A DNA stretch of 64,000 nt from Octopus sinensis. Lineage: Eukaryota. The translations under genes were made by a program, and so were the position numbers. The stretch is from NCBI RefSeq assembly GCF_006345805.1, contig NC_043002.1, positions 40,920,001-40,984,000 of the forward strand, written 5' to 3'. Positions 53,020 to 64,000 of this stretch are shown in pieces; within the stretch, counting starts at the first letter, position 1, and every line of letters starts with the position of its first letter. The notes under the pieces are model-generated. The model was not told the DNA's origin. It searched no databases and worked only from the letters and a program-made list of their open reading frames with translations.

Positions 53020-53410
53020 GATTGAAAACTGTATGAATATATGTATGATTGAGTGAATAGGCATATGACTGATGAAATAGATCTACGACTGACTGAATTG
53101 ATGTACAACTGAATGAATAGATGTATGATGGATGAAAAGATGTATGACTGACAGAATAGTAGTATGACTAAGTGTATAGATGTATGACTGACAGAATTGA
53201 TGTATGACTTATTGAATAGATGGATAAATGAATGAATGGATGGATGGAAAGAAAGCTGGATAGAAGGAAGGATGGAGGAAAGGAAAAATGAAAGGAAGAC
53301 TTGATGGAAGGATGGATGGATGCAAAAAAGGATGGATGGAAGAAAGAATAGATAGAAGGAAGAATGGATAGTAGGAAGGAGGGAGGGAAAGAACGAAGGA
53401 TGGATAGATT
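53020..53410. repeat. ~22-bp minisatellite (GATGTATGACTGACAGAATA-like) grading into (GGAT/GGAA)n
   Basis: About 8 degenerate units at 53020-53225. Confidence 0.7.
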
Positions 53411-54269
53411 TGTGGATACAGTGTTAATAGGCCAGCTTTATTAAGAGAGTCAGCCAATGGTAAAATTACATTCCCAATGACACAGATCATAATTAGCAAA
53501 CGCTTTACTGGTTGTGTGAACAGAACTTAACTATTTCCTGCCATAGTCTTTCTACAAATGGGCTGGGGCCAAATATGGTGAAGATAGCTCATCTAATCAA
53601 TACTACATGCAAACATAAGAACACACAAGCACATGCAGGCATAAAAAATAACAGGTATTAAAGAAGCGATTAGAATGACAAAGATGATTTATTCACAACG
53701 CAATGTCACTTTGATATGAAGTTCACCATAAAATATACCACGTACCTTTTATCTTTCACTTCTTTCAGTCATTAGGCTGTGGCTATGCTGCGGCACCGCC
53801 TTAAAGAAATTTTAGTCGATTGAATCGAAAGCTGTACTTTTTTTTTAAAGCATGGTACTTATTCTATCGCTCTCTTTTGCTGAACTGCTAAGTTATGGGG
53901 ATGTAAACACACCATGGCTAGTTGTCAAGTGGCAGTGAGGGACAGCCACAGACACAAAGACACACACACATATGACAGGTTTCCTTCAGTTTCTCTCAAT
54001 CAAAACCATGCATAAGGCTTGAGTCACTCTGTTAATTCTGCTAAATATTAACAGATTATGATATATATATACACACATGTATGCACACACATTATACATA
54101 TACATATATAAACATACACACATATATATATACATATACATACATACATACATATATATATATACATATATATACACATATAAATTATATACATATATAT
54201 AAGTATGTATGTATGTATGTATGTATGTATGTATGTATGTATGTATCTATGTATGTGTATGTGAGTATG

Positions 54270-54317
<48 letters not shown>

Positions 54318-54500
54318 TGTGTATGTGTATATGTATGTATATATACATGTGTACGTATGTAGATTTTATGAACAAAGGTTTCTATCTTTATGTGGTTGTA
54401 TTTTTATAACATCTTATATCTTTTACACTTTTTTACCTTTATTTTCCACGCCTATTAGAGTAACATCCCTTTATTCAATGGTTTTTTTTTCATAGAGTTT

Positions 54501-54571
54501 GTCTTAATAACCGATGAGGATACCTACTAGCTTTTAGCTCAGGCATCTGAAACTCTGAGTATTATTATGAC
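54501..54571 (+). ncRNA. Type-I hammerhead-like motif with extended stem II (family 4)
   Basis: GUC-U-UAAUAA CCGAUGA GGAUACCU..AGCU-UUU-AGCU..AGGCAUCU GAAA CUC-U-GAG UA^ UUAUUA-U-GAC. Stem I 6+3 bp; U4C change in the core. Confidence 0.7.
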
Positions 54572-54599
54572 AACTAACTGATTGTCCTATATTATATAT

Positions 54600-54915
54600 C
54601 TCTATCTATCTATCTATCACGTGACCGACCAGGCTATCAGATGTTGTTACACATCGCTGGTCACAATGCACTTCATATTGTTTTAGTCTCCAAATGACGC
54701 CACCCCGCTGGCTAAGCGAGCAGGCCAATAGAAGAAAGAGTGAGAGAGAGTTGTGGCGAAAGAGTATAGCAGGGATCGCCACCATCCTCTGCCGGAGCAT
54801 CGTGGAGCTTTAGGTGTTTTCGCTCAATAAACACTCACAACACCCAGTCTGGGAATCGAAACTGCGATCCTACGACCACGAGTCTGCTGCCCTAACCACT
54901 AAGCCATTGTGCCTC
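54600..54915 (-). mobile_element. tRNA-derived SINE family C (representative copy)
   Basis: Head TGGCTTAGTGGTTAGGG..GTTTCGATTCC. Related copies ~3372-3617, 4395-4630, 6020-6230, 11430-11725, 17640-18010, 29157-29510, 32060-32360. Confidence 0.75.
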
Positions 54916-54937
54916 CACCTATCTATCTATCTATCTA

Positions 54938-55004
<67 letters not shown>

Positions 55005-55504
55005 TGGCTTAAAAGCCAAACTCCACGTGGATGTTAAAGCTAGCTCCTGCGGAGGGTCAATTTCGCCTGCAGCCCCAAACTAAAGAGAGCAATAATAATT
55101 AAGCATCTATTGGTACCCTACAACTATGGTATTACTTTAAATTCAGTTTAAAAGAAAAAAACTTGGAGGTTCACAAATTTTTGGAGTTCTTTCAAAATTT
55201 GAATTTTCACATATAACAAAATTTTATCCAGACCTAATCCCAATGCTAGATGTTCAAGAACCAAATGAAGAGTAAAATTTCAATCCTGGAATCCTCCTGA
55301 TTCCAAAAAGGTATTGTCTATGTAGAGCAATTGTAGACTGAGATACAAGGGTCCTGGATGGTAGGACAGACAGAATCTCATGTTTATATATATATATATA
55401 TATATAAGTTCAGCAAAATTTAGATTCAGATGAATATGGTACTTAAGTCAGATGCACCAGAATTTTGTATGGTGTTATCCATATAAATCCATGGGGTGAT
55501 TATA

Positions 55505-55786
55505 ATCAAAATAAGCAACAAGAATATCTTCGGTAATTTGGTACGATCGTTTCATGCTACATGTTCTTAACATTCAAATCAACATCTCTGTCTGTATATC
55601 TACCCTCTTTATAATGTTATCAATTAACATGGAAATAAGTATATGTATTGATGGAAAACCTCTATAAATGGCTGATGATTGCTCAACATTTTAAAACTGT
55701 TTTGATATTTACAATGTTTAATAAAATGATGTAGCGTGAAACGATCGTACCAAATTACCGAAGATATTCTTGTTGCTTATTTTGAT
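55505..55786. mobile_element. Inverted-repeat element with a candidate long-stem-II hammerhead (family 5, 55668-55753 on +)
   Basis: 58-bp near-perfect arms at 55505-55562 and 55729-55786. UGG CUGAUGA U UGCU..CAUUUUA...UAAAAUG..AGCG U GAAA CGAUCG UA^ CCA, with palindromic stem III ACGAUCGU. Stem I is only 3 bp. Ends in (TA)n. Confidence 0.55.
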
Positions 55787-55794
55787 ATATATAT

Positions 55795-55950
55795 CTTAGG
55801 CTTCCCATTCATAAAGGGTTTAGCTTTATGGTGTATTGTCAGATCCCAAAAACATATTGGCCCATATTTTTAAGAAGTCATGGGCCAACAGGCTTTTGGG
55901 ATCTGACGATACACCAGAAAATTAAACTCTTTATGGACAGGAAACCTAAG
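55795..55950. mobile_element. Foldback MITE-like element
   Basis: Imperfect palindrome over about 156 bp (CTTAGG...GGTGTATTGTCAGATCCCAAAA / TTTTGGGATCTGACGATACACC...CCTAAG). Superfamily unresolved. Confidence 0.6.
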
Positions 55951-56042
55951 GTAATCCCATGAAATGGCCTTTCCCAATTTTAATACATACTGCTCTACAT
56001 CTTAGAGTGTGCTTCTTCTTTCAGATCTATGTCTTTTACAAA

Positions 56043-56097
<55 letters not shown>

Positions 56098-56161
56098 CAT
56101 ATATTATATATATACATAAGTACATAGTTATATATATATATATATATATAGTTATATATCT

Positions 56162-56221
<60 letters not shown>

Positions 56222-56624
56222 CAAAGAGAGAGAGAGAGAGAAACAAGGAATTGGAAGAGGGAAGGAAAAACAAAATCTTGTATCAAATAAGAGAGCAACA
56301 ACATAGCTGAAAACTACCCACATTTCCAGTGGCAACCATATTTTTTTTATAAGTGTAATTTAATTAGCAATGTAACAAGATCCCACAATAACATGATAAA
56401 CTGTATCCTGTGCTCCAGATTGTTAGCCCAAACAATAACAACCGAGTTCCACCTTAGAATGTACAAATATTTCACAATCTACATTTACCTGGAAGCATAG
56501 ATTGCCAGCTGTTTCAGGTAAAATAAAACAGAGGTAAACATAAAAAAACCAAATCAACATATATAAAAAGGAATCAAAGAATAAGGCACTGAATCAGATT
56601 GTGTTTCAAAGATAAATGATATTT

Positions 56625-56663
<39 letters not shown>

Positions 56664-56679
56664 AATATATTCATATTTA

Positions 56680-56920
56680 CACAAATTATATATACATATA
56701 CATACATATATATAAAATATTATTTATATATACACAAATTATATATATATATTTATATATATATATATAATGTATATATATATATAATATACCATATACA
56801 TTATATACATACACACACATATGTATACACATATATGCATACATATATTATATATATACACACATAGATAATATACACATATACCTGCATATATATAAAC
56901 ACACAATGTATATACATATA

Positions 56921-56956
<36 letters not shown>

Positions 56957-57552
56957 TGTATGTATGTATGTATGTATGTATGTATGTATGTATGCATGCA
57001 CACACACATACATACGAGAAGAAATACAAAGAAATGTGTTGGTATTCTATAAAGAAGGAGCTGGTTCTGATAACAAAGATCCAACACTGAAATTTAGTTG
57101 TCAACAAATATATAGAATTACATGTGTTAAATTCTAGAAAGGTGTGTATATGTAAGTATGTATGCACATATGGAGGCATATGTGCATATGTTTGTATGCA
57201 CAACTGTGTTTGTTCATGTGATGTATTTGGTCATGTGTGCATATATTTCTGTGTATTACTATGTATGTAAAATGTGTATATATATTAATATGTGATTGCA
57301 TATATGTGTGTGTGTGTTGTGTGTGTGTATGAATGTAGATCTGCATGCATATGTATATCATGTATGTAAATGAATACTGCATGTACATATGCCTATACAG
57401 GTGTGTGTATGCATGTGTAACATTTCTGTATGCATGTGTCTTTATTGTGTTTATGCTGATGTTGATATTTTTACCAACCACCTGCCATGGTAACGACTAC
57501 ATAGAAGAAATATGCAATACATATACATAGATATTATACACATATATATGCA

Positions 57553-57645
<93 letters not shown>

Positions 57646-57845
57646 TTTATATATACACAAATTATATATATATATTTATATATATATATATATAATGTAT
57701 ATATATATAAAATATATAATACATTATATACATACACACACATATGTATACACATATATGCATACATATATTATATATATACACACATAGATATATATAC
57801 ACATATACCTGCATATATATAAACACACACATGTATATACATATA

Positions 57846-57881
<36 letters not shown>

Positions 57882-58230
57882 TGTATGTATGTATGTATGT
57901 ATGTATGTATGTATGTATGCATGCACACACACATACATACGAGAAGAAATACAAAGAAATGTGTTGGTATCTTCTATAAAGAAGGAGCTGGTTTCTGATA
58001 AACAAAGATCCAACACTGAAATTTAGTTGTCAACAAATATATAGAATTACATGTGTTAAATTCTAGAAAGGTGTGTATATGTAAGTATGTATGCACATAT
58101 GGAGGCATATGTGCATATGTTTGTATGCACAACTGTGTTTGTTCATGTGCATGTATTTGTCCATGTGTGCATATATTTCTGTGTATTACTATGTATGTAA
58201 AAATGTGTATATATATTAATATGTGATTGC

Positions 58231-58262
<32 letters not shown>

Positions 58263-58491
58263 ATGAATGTAGATCTGCATGCATATGTATATCCATGTAT
58301 GTAAATGAATACTTGCATGTACATATGCCTATACAGGTGTGTGTATGCATGTGTATACATTTCTGTATGCATGTGTCTTTATTGTGTTTATGCTGATTGA
58401 TATTTTTACCAACCACCTGCCATGGTAACGACTACATAGAAGAAATATGCAATACATATACATATGCATATATTATACACATATATATGCA

Positions 58492-58560
<69 letters not shown>
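56680..58560. repeat. ~0.94-kb tandem duplication of low-complexity DNA
   Basis: CTGCCATGGTAACGACTACATAGAAG at ~57482 and ~58418; GAGAAGAAATACAAAGAAATG at ~57016 and ~57941. Confidence 0.85.
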
Positions 58561-58572
<12 letters not shown>

Positions 58573-59036
58573 AAATATATATAGAAATATTATATACATA
58601 CACAAACACACACATAATATATATACACACACACACGCCACACATGTACAGAGGGAGAAGGAGAAGGAAAGAGAGAGAATAAAAAAATAGGTGACATATA
58701 AAAATTTACATTTTTCCAGTGTTTCCATTTTTTAAAAATTTCATGAATGCTTTCCAAACATAATATACCTTCTATATATTACATTATTGTGAAAACTTTC
58801 TTCAAGAATCAAAGTTCACATAGCTGTCTATTTATCCTTGCATATATGTATATAAATATGTATGTATATATGTGTGTGTGTATATATATATATATATACA
58901 CACACACACGCACATACATATACATTGGAAACCCACGCATTACGTAAGTAATGTGTTCCTGGAAATCTTGCTGTAATATGAAATTAATTTTCCCATTGAG
59001 CTTTATATTTTAAAGTGAGAATGCATGCCGGTGGAT

Positions 59037-59136
59037 NNNNNNNNNNNNNNNNNNNNNNNNNNNNNNNNNNNNNNNNNNNNNNNNNNNNNNNNNNNNNNNN
59101 NNNNNNNNNNNNNNNNNNNNNNNNNNNNNNNNNNNN
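59037..59136. other. Assembly gap (100 N)
   Basis: Run of exactly 100 N; true size unknown. Confidence 0.99.
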
Positions 59137-59595
59137 GTGATACAGTCAGTGTTATTCATTTCCAATATTCTGTGAAAAGATGTCTGGCCATGGGAATATA
59201 TTACCTTACTCAAAAATAGGTGAAGGTTGATGACAGGAAGGGCATCTGGGCATAGAAAAATCTGCCTCTATAAACTCTGCTCAACCCAAGAAAAAGAGGA
59301 CATTAAAATGATGATGATGATGATATTTATATGTGCAGGAATTATACTGCTGTATAGTTAAGAAGTTCACCTTGTGACTATATGGTTTTGGATTCATTTC
59401 CACAGTATGGCACCTTGGTCATAGTTCAAATTCCACTAAGATCGACTTTGTCTTTCATCCTCTTGGGGATCGATAAAATAAGTACCATTTGAACGCTGGA
59501 GTTGATGTAATTGACTCATCTCCGCCCCCAAAATGCTGCCCTTGTGGCAAAATTTGAAACCACTTTTGTTGTTTTTGTTGTTATCATCATCTTTA

Positions 59596-59644
<49 letters not shown>

Positions 59645-60385
59645 CATCATTATTATTATTAGCATCAACATCATTTAAAAACCAAATGTGTGAATCACAA
59701 ATCTGTTTTTTTTCTTTTTGTTTGTTTCTGTTTGTATATGTTGTGTGTCTTGTTTCTGTGTATTTGTTTGCCTGCTTTTATTTTATTCTTATATTTGTAA
59801 AACAAACATTTACAGCAAAACAAAATAGCATGATGCCCAGAAGATTATTGGCAAATCTGTAGATTTAATGTGTAGCTATAAATTGCAAACAATCTCAAAA
59901 GAATACATTGAGAGTAATACTGCTTAAATACAACTAAATCAAACTTGCTGTGACAGCAGTTTAGTAGCTTAGTACAAACAGCACAGACATGTCTTTGTAT
60001 TGATTTTTATAATGCAGAACTGATGGATATGGTTGGTATTTGGTATCTATCTAGCATGTACAGAAGATGACTAATTATTATATACCGAAACGCAAAATAT
60101 ATTGTAAAGTAATACATAAAGTTAAGTATATGACACCCTTGCATATTCTGGTGTATTTAATATGTATTGCGAAATGAGAAATCTATCAACAGAATAATTC
60201 TCAAAAAATTGCTTACCGAATTTTTACAACTTCATTTCCAAGAGGGAGAAAGAAAAAAAAAAAATTGATGTTGGTGATGGCTGGGATTCTAAAAACATCA
60301 CAAGATAATCTACTTTATGGGTATGTGTGTGCAAACATATGCAAATGTATGTGTGGCTGTGGGTATATATATATGTATATATATG

Positions 60386-60433
<48 letters not shown>

Positions 60434-60782
60434 TATATGTGTGTTGTGTGTGTGTGTGGTGTGTGAGTGAGTGAGATGTATTGTCTGTGGGTGAGAGCTG
60501 TAGGTGTTTTTTTTTTACAAATAGGTGTGTGTATGTGAGTGTATACTTAATGTGAATACGCATGTATCAGAATGAGTTGACATGCAAATGTGCCTGTATG
60601 CCATGTGTGTATGTATGTGACTCAGTGTTTTATGCAGATGTATTATTTATGCAAATATATGTTATTTGCAAGTATATATATGTGTGTGTGTGTGTATGTG
60701 CATATGCATATATTTGTAGGTATGTATATATATACATAAATATATATGTGTATATGTATGTATATATATCATCATCATCATC

Positions 60783-60816
<34 letters not shown>

Positions 60817-60914
60817 GTATGCATATATATCTGCATGTGTATGTGCACATGCATGCATATATTGTGTGTAGTGTATATATATGTGTGTGCATACATCCAT
60901 ACATATACATACAT

Positions 60915-60947
<33 letters not shown>

Positions 60948-60983
60948 CATACACATATATACATACATATATATATATACATG

Positions 60984-61017
<34 letters not shown>

Positions 61018-61278
61018 CACATACATATATACAGACACATATAGACATACATATGTATATAATCATCATCATCATTGTTGTTTAAACTCCGCTTTCCATA
61101 CTGGCATGGGTTGAACGGTTTGACTCAAGACTGGTGAGCCAGAAGGCTGCACCAGGCTCCAATCTGATCTGTATTTATATATATATATATACATATATAT
61201 ATGTATATATGTGTGTATATATATATATATATGTGTGTGTGTATATACATATATATATACATACATATACATATATAC

Positions 61279-61402
61279 AGAGCGTAGGCTCGAAACGTTA
61301 AAGACTTGTTTTATTTATATTTCCTGAGCGCCATACTAATACAATTGTTCATTTGTTTTCCACCTGCCTTCGTCTTTTGTCTATTTTCATAAAGCTTCCC
61401 GT
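61279..61402 (+). mobile_element. 5'-truncated family-3 hammerhead element
   Basis: AGAGCGTAGGCTCGAAACGTTAAAGAC... nearly identical to 26229-26385. It starts inside stem II and ends in (TA)n. Confidence 0.8.
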
Positions 61403-61457
61403 TATATATATACATATATATATACACTAACATATATATATATACATATATATACAT

Positions 61458-61488
<31 letters not shown>

Positions 61489-61518
61489 CATACACACACA
61501 CATATAAATACATACATA

Positions 61519-61550
<32 letters not shown>

Positions 61551-61818
61551 CACACACACAGACACACACGCACATATATATACATATACATATGTACGTA
61601 CATACATACATAAGTGTGTATTTGTGTGTATGTTATATGAATATGTATGTATGTATGTGAAAGCATGTTTGTGAATATGTATATTTGCAAATGTGTCAGG
61701 TTGCATGTATATGATTAGAGAAATAGAAAGAGAGAGAGGGAGCAGGTGGGAGAATGGGGTCAAAAAAGAAAGTGAGAGAACAAGATAGCTAGATGGATAG
61801 AGGGATAGATAGACAGAC

Positions 61819-61877
<59 letters not shown>

Positions 61878-62445
61878 GGGAGAGAGAGAGACAAACAGAG
61901 ACAAAGAAGAATATATGGAGTCATACAAATGCTGATACATGTAAAACATCATAGCAAATATAGGTTTGATACAGTCTGCAGGACTGGGTTCAATCCTCTA
62001 TGACAGCAATGTTTTTTTCTATCCACTCCCAACCCCCACCAACACTCACCACAGGAATTGATATATTCCTTTGGAATGGTGTTGCTGTCAAATACAAATA
62101 CGACAAACTACAGTTATCTCTTATTATGTCCATCAGATGCAGTCAAAGTGGTGGCATTGGACATGGTGTATTGCTGTGCTGCTTACATCTAGATTGCATA
62201 TAATGTGGTTGATGAAGCACTTTCGACCTCCTGACAGAAAAGGAATTTCATTAGAAACACAGAGAAAAAAAAAGAGTAAAAGAAAAAGAGTAAAACAAAA
62301 GACAAAACAATAACTGACAGATTAGACAGCATGAAGATAACATAAGTCTCTATAATTGCCTGTTTGTATAAATTGTACAGATTACCAGCTGTGCTTCTCC
62401 ATATAACAATATAAACACATACATACACACACACACACACACACA

Positions 62446-62507
<62 letters not shown>

Positions 62508-63689
62508 CACCCACACACACATATGCATGTGTGTGTGTTTGTGTTTGTGTGTGTTTGTGTTTGTGTGTGTGTGTGTGTGTGAGTGTGTGTATCTGTCTAT
62601 CTATATATCTATCTATATCATCATCATTTAATGTCTGCTTTCCATGCTAGCATAGGTTGGTTGGTTTGAGAGGAGCTGGCTAGGCAGAAGACTGCACCAA
62701 GCTTCACTGTCTGTTTTCACATCGTTTTTATGACTGGGTGCCCTTTCTAACAGCAACCACTCCACAGAGAGGACTGAGTACTTTTTACATGGCACAAGCA
62801 CAGGCGAAGTCAGTTTTGGCACAGGTTTTACAGCTGGATGCCCTTCCAAATGCCAACCACTTTCCAGTGTGAACTGGATGCTTTTTACATGGCACCAGCA
62901 CTGGCAGGGTCACCAAGTAACTTGCAAGACAAAAATCCTTTGAGAGGAGAGGGGGAATTGGAGGAGGTGATCTTGTGCCAGGTGTGACAGAGAGACAAAA
63001 ACAGATGTCTCGCAGTAGAGGAGAGAGAGAGAGGCAAGGAACAGGTGTATTGTTGTAAAGGAGATACATGGTTAACCAGTCAAAGGGAGAGAGCAAGAGA
63101 AAAAGAGAGAGAGAGAGAGGCAAGGAACAGGTGTGCTGTTGTAGAGGAAATACATGGTTAACCAGTCAGAGGTAGAGAGAGCAAGAGAAAGAGAGAGAGA
63201 GAGAGTGGAAGAGAGCAGGAGAGAGATGGTATTGAATGGCCAGGGTATGCTCACAAGCAATGGGGATCAGAATGTAAATGGGATGGGAGAGAAGAACAAG
63301 GGAGAGATAAATGATGGCAAATTGGAAGGGCACACCCTCAAGATACAGGGTCAGAATATAAATGGTAGAGAATTGCCATAAGTGGATAAGTAGGGAGTAG
63401 AGACTTCACATGAATGCATAGAGTGTGTGTGTGTGTGTGGGGAATACAGTGACTGTTAAAACTTGGACATATAGAGGGGGTGGGAGACAGCAGGATAGCA
63501 ATAATATAGTGAGCAGGGCACTGAGGACAGAGTTGGGGAGCAAGAGATAAGCATAAGCATGAAAAGAGGAAAAGTGAGGAAGAGGAGAGATGTAGTTTGG
63601 TTTGTGTGAAAAAAAGTTTTATTGTTGTTACATATGGAAGGAAACCTCAGTGCTTCTACAACTCAGTTTTGCTGAAGTGGGCAGGTGTT

Positions 63690-64000
63690 CTCAAGAACCT
63701 CATATCACCAGACATCTTGGTCCATTGCCATCTTCTCCATGAGGCCCACTTCATCCCATATCTTGGTCCTCTCCACTTCATCCCATGTCTTCCTGGGTCT
63801 CCCTCTTCCACAGGTGCCAGCCACTTTCAGAGATTGGCACTTCATTATTCAACTGTCTTCATTCATATCCATCACAAGTCCAAACTAACGTAGTCTTCTT
63901 TCTTGCATGTTACATCTAATTCCTCTTACGCCCAACTTTTCTCTTATCACATTTGCACTGTCATACATGCACACTGATGTTGCACATCCAATGGAGCATA
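63690..64000 (-). mobile_element. RTE LINE 3'-end fragment (runs off window)
   Basis: EKKLGVRGIRCNMQE..plus frameshifted WFGHVM / GRGRPRKTWDEV-like segments. Related shorter pieces at about 27130-27240, 22265-22350 and 400-510. Confidence 0.75.

Noticed and set aside
55900-55930. CUGACGA...GAAA inside the foldback MITE
   Set aside because: No stem II or stem III; a chance motif in a TIR.
60055-60100. CAGAAGAUG...CCGAAACGC degenerate hammerhead
   Set aside because: Core, stem II and cleavage site are all imperfect; cannot be supported.
62050-62235. Two short minus-strand segments with good splice sites as 5' CSTPP1 exons
   Set aside because: No frame convincingly matches C11orf49, and the intervening conserved exons are absent.

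Overview
AT-rich, microsatellite- and SINE-saturated animal DNA. The repeat families and (TA)n/(CA)n/(TACA)n/(GAT)n density point to an octopus or other coleoid cephalopod genome (inference). The only host gene I can support is on the minus strand: three phase-compatible exons (37324-37519, 29637-29752, 14930-14988) encoding the C-terminal half of a CSTPP1/C11orf49 (UPF0705)-like protein. The 5' exons were not found and may lie beyond the window or in the 100-N gap at 59037-59136. The rest is intron or intergenic sequence filled with several tRNA-derived SINE families, RTE LINE fragments, a decayed Penelope-like (RT + GIY-YIG) element, Tc1/mariner relics, TTAA-type MITEs and Helitrons. The main unexpected signal is about 14 minimal type-I hammerhead ribozyme (HHR) motifs from at least five unrelated short ORF-less element families. 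Most sit in Penelope-style inverted (foldback) insertions, and several end in (TA)n. One family couples a Pol III tRNA-like head (A and B boxes) to an HHR-bearing tail, i.e. a SINE-like element that looks to be mobilised by Penelope machinery; one copy sits inside a Penelope relic with a 12-bp target-site duplication. All structures were read by eye and no database search or folding program was run. Repeat coordinates are approximate (about +/-10-20 nt) unless tied to stated motifs.
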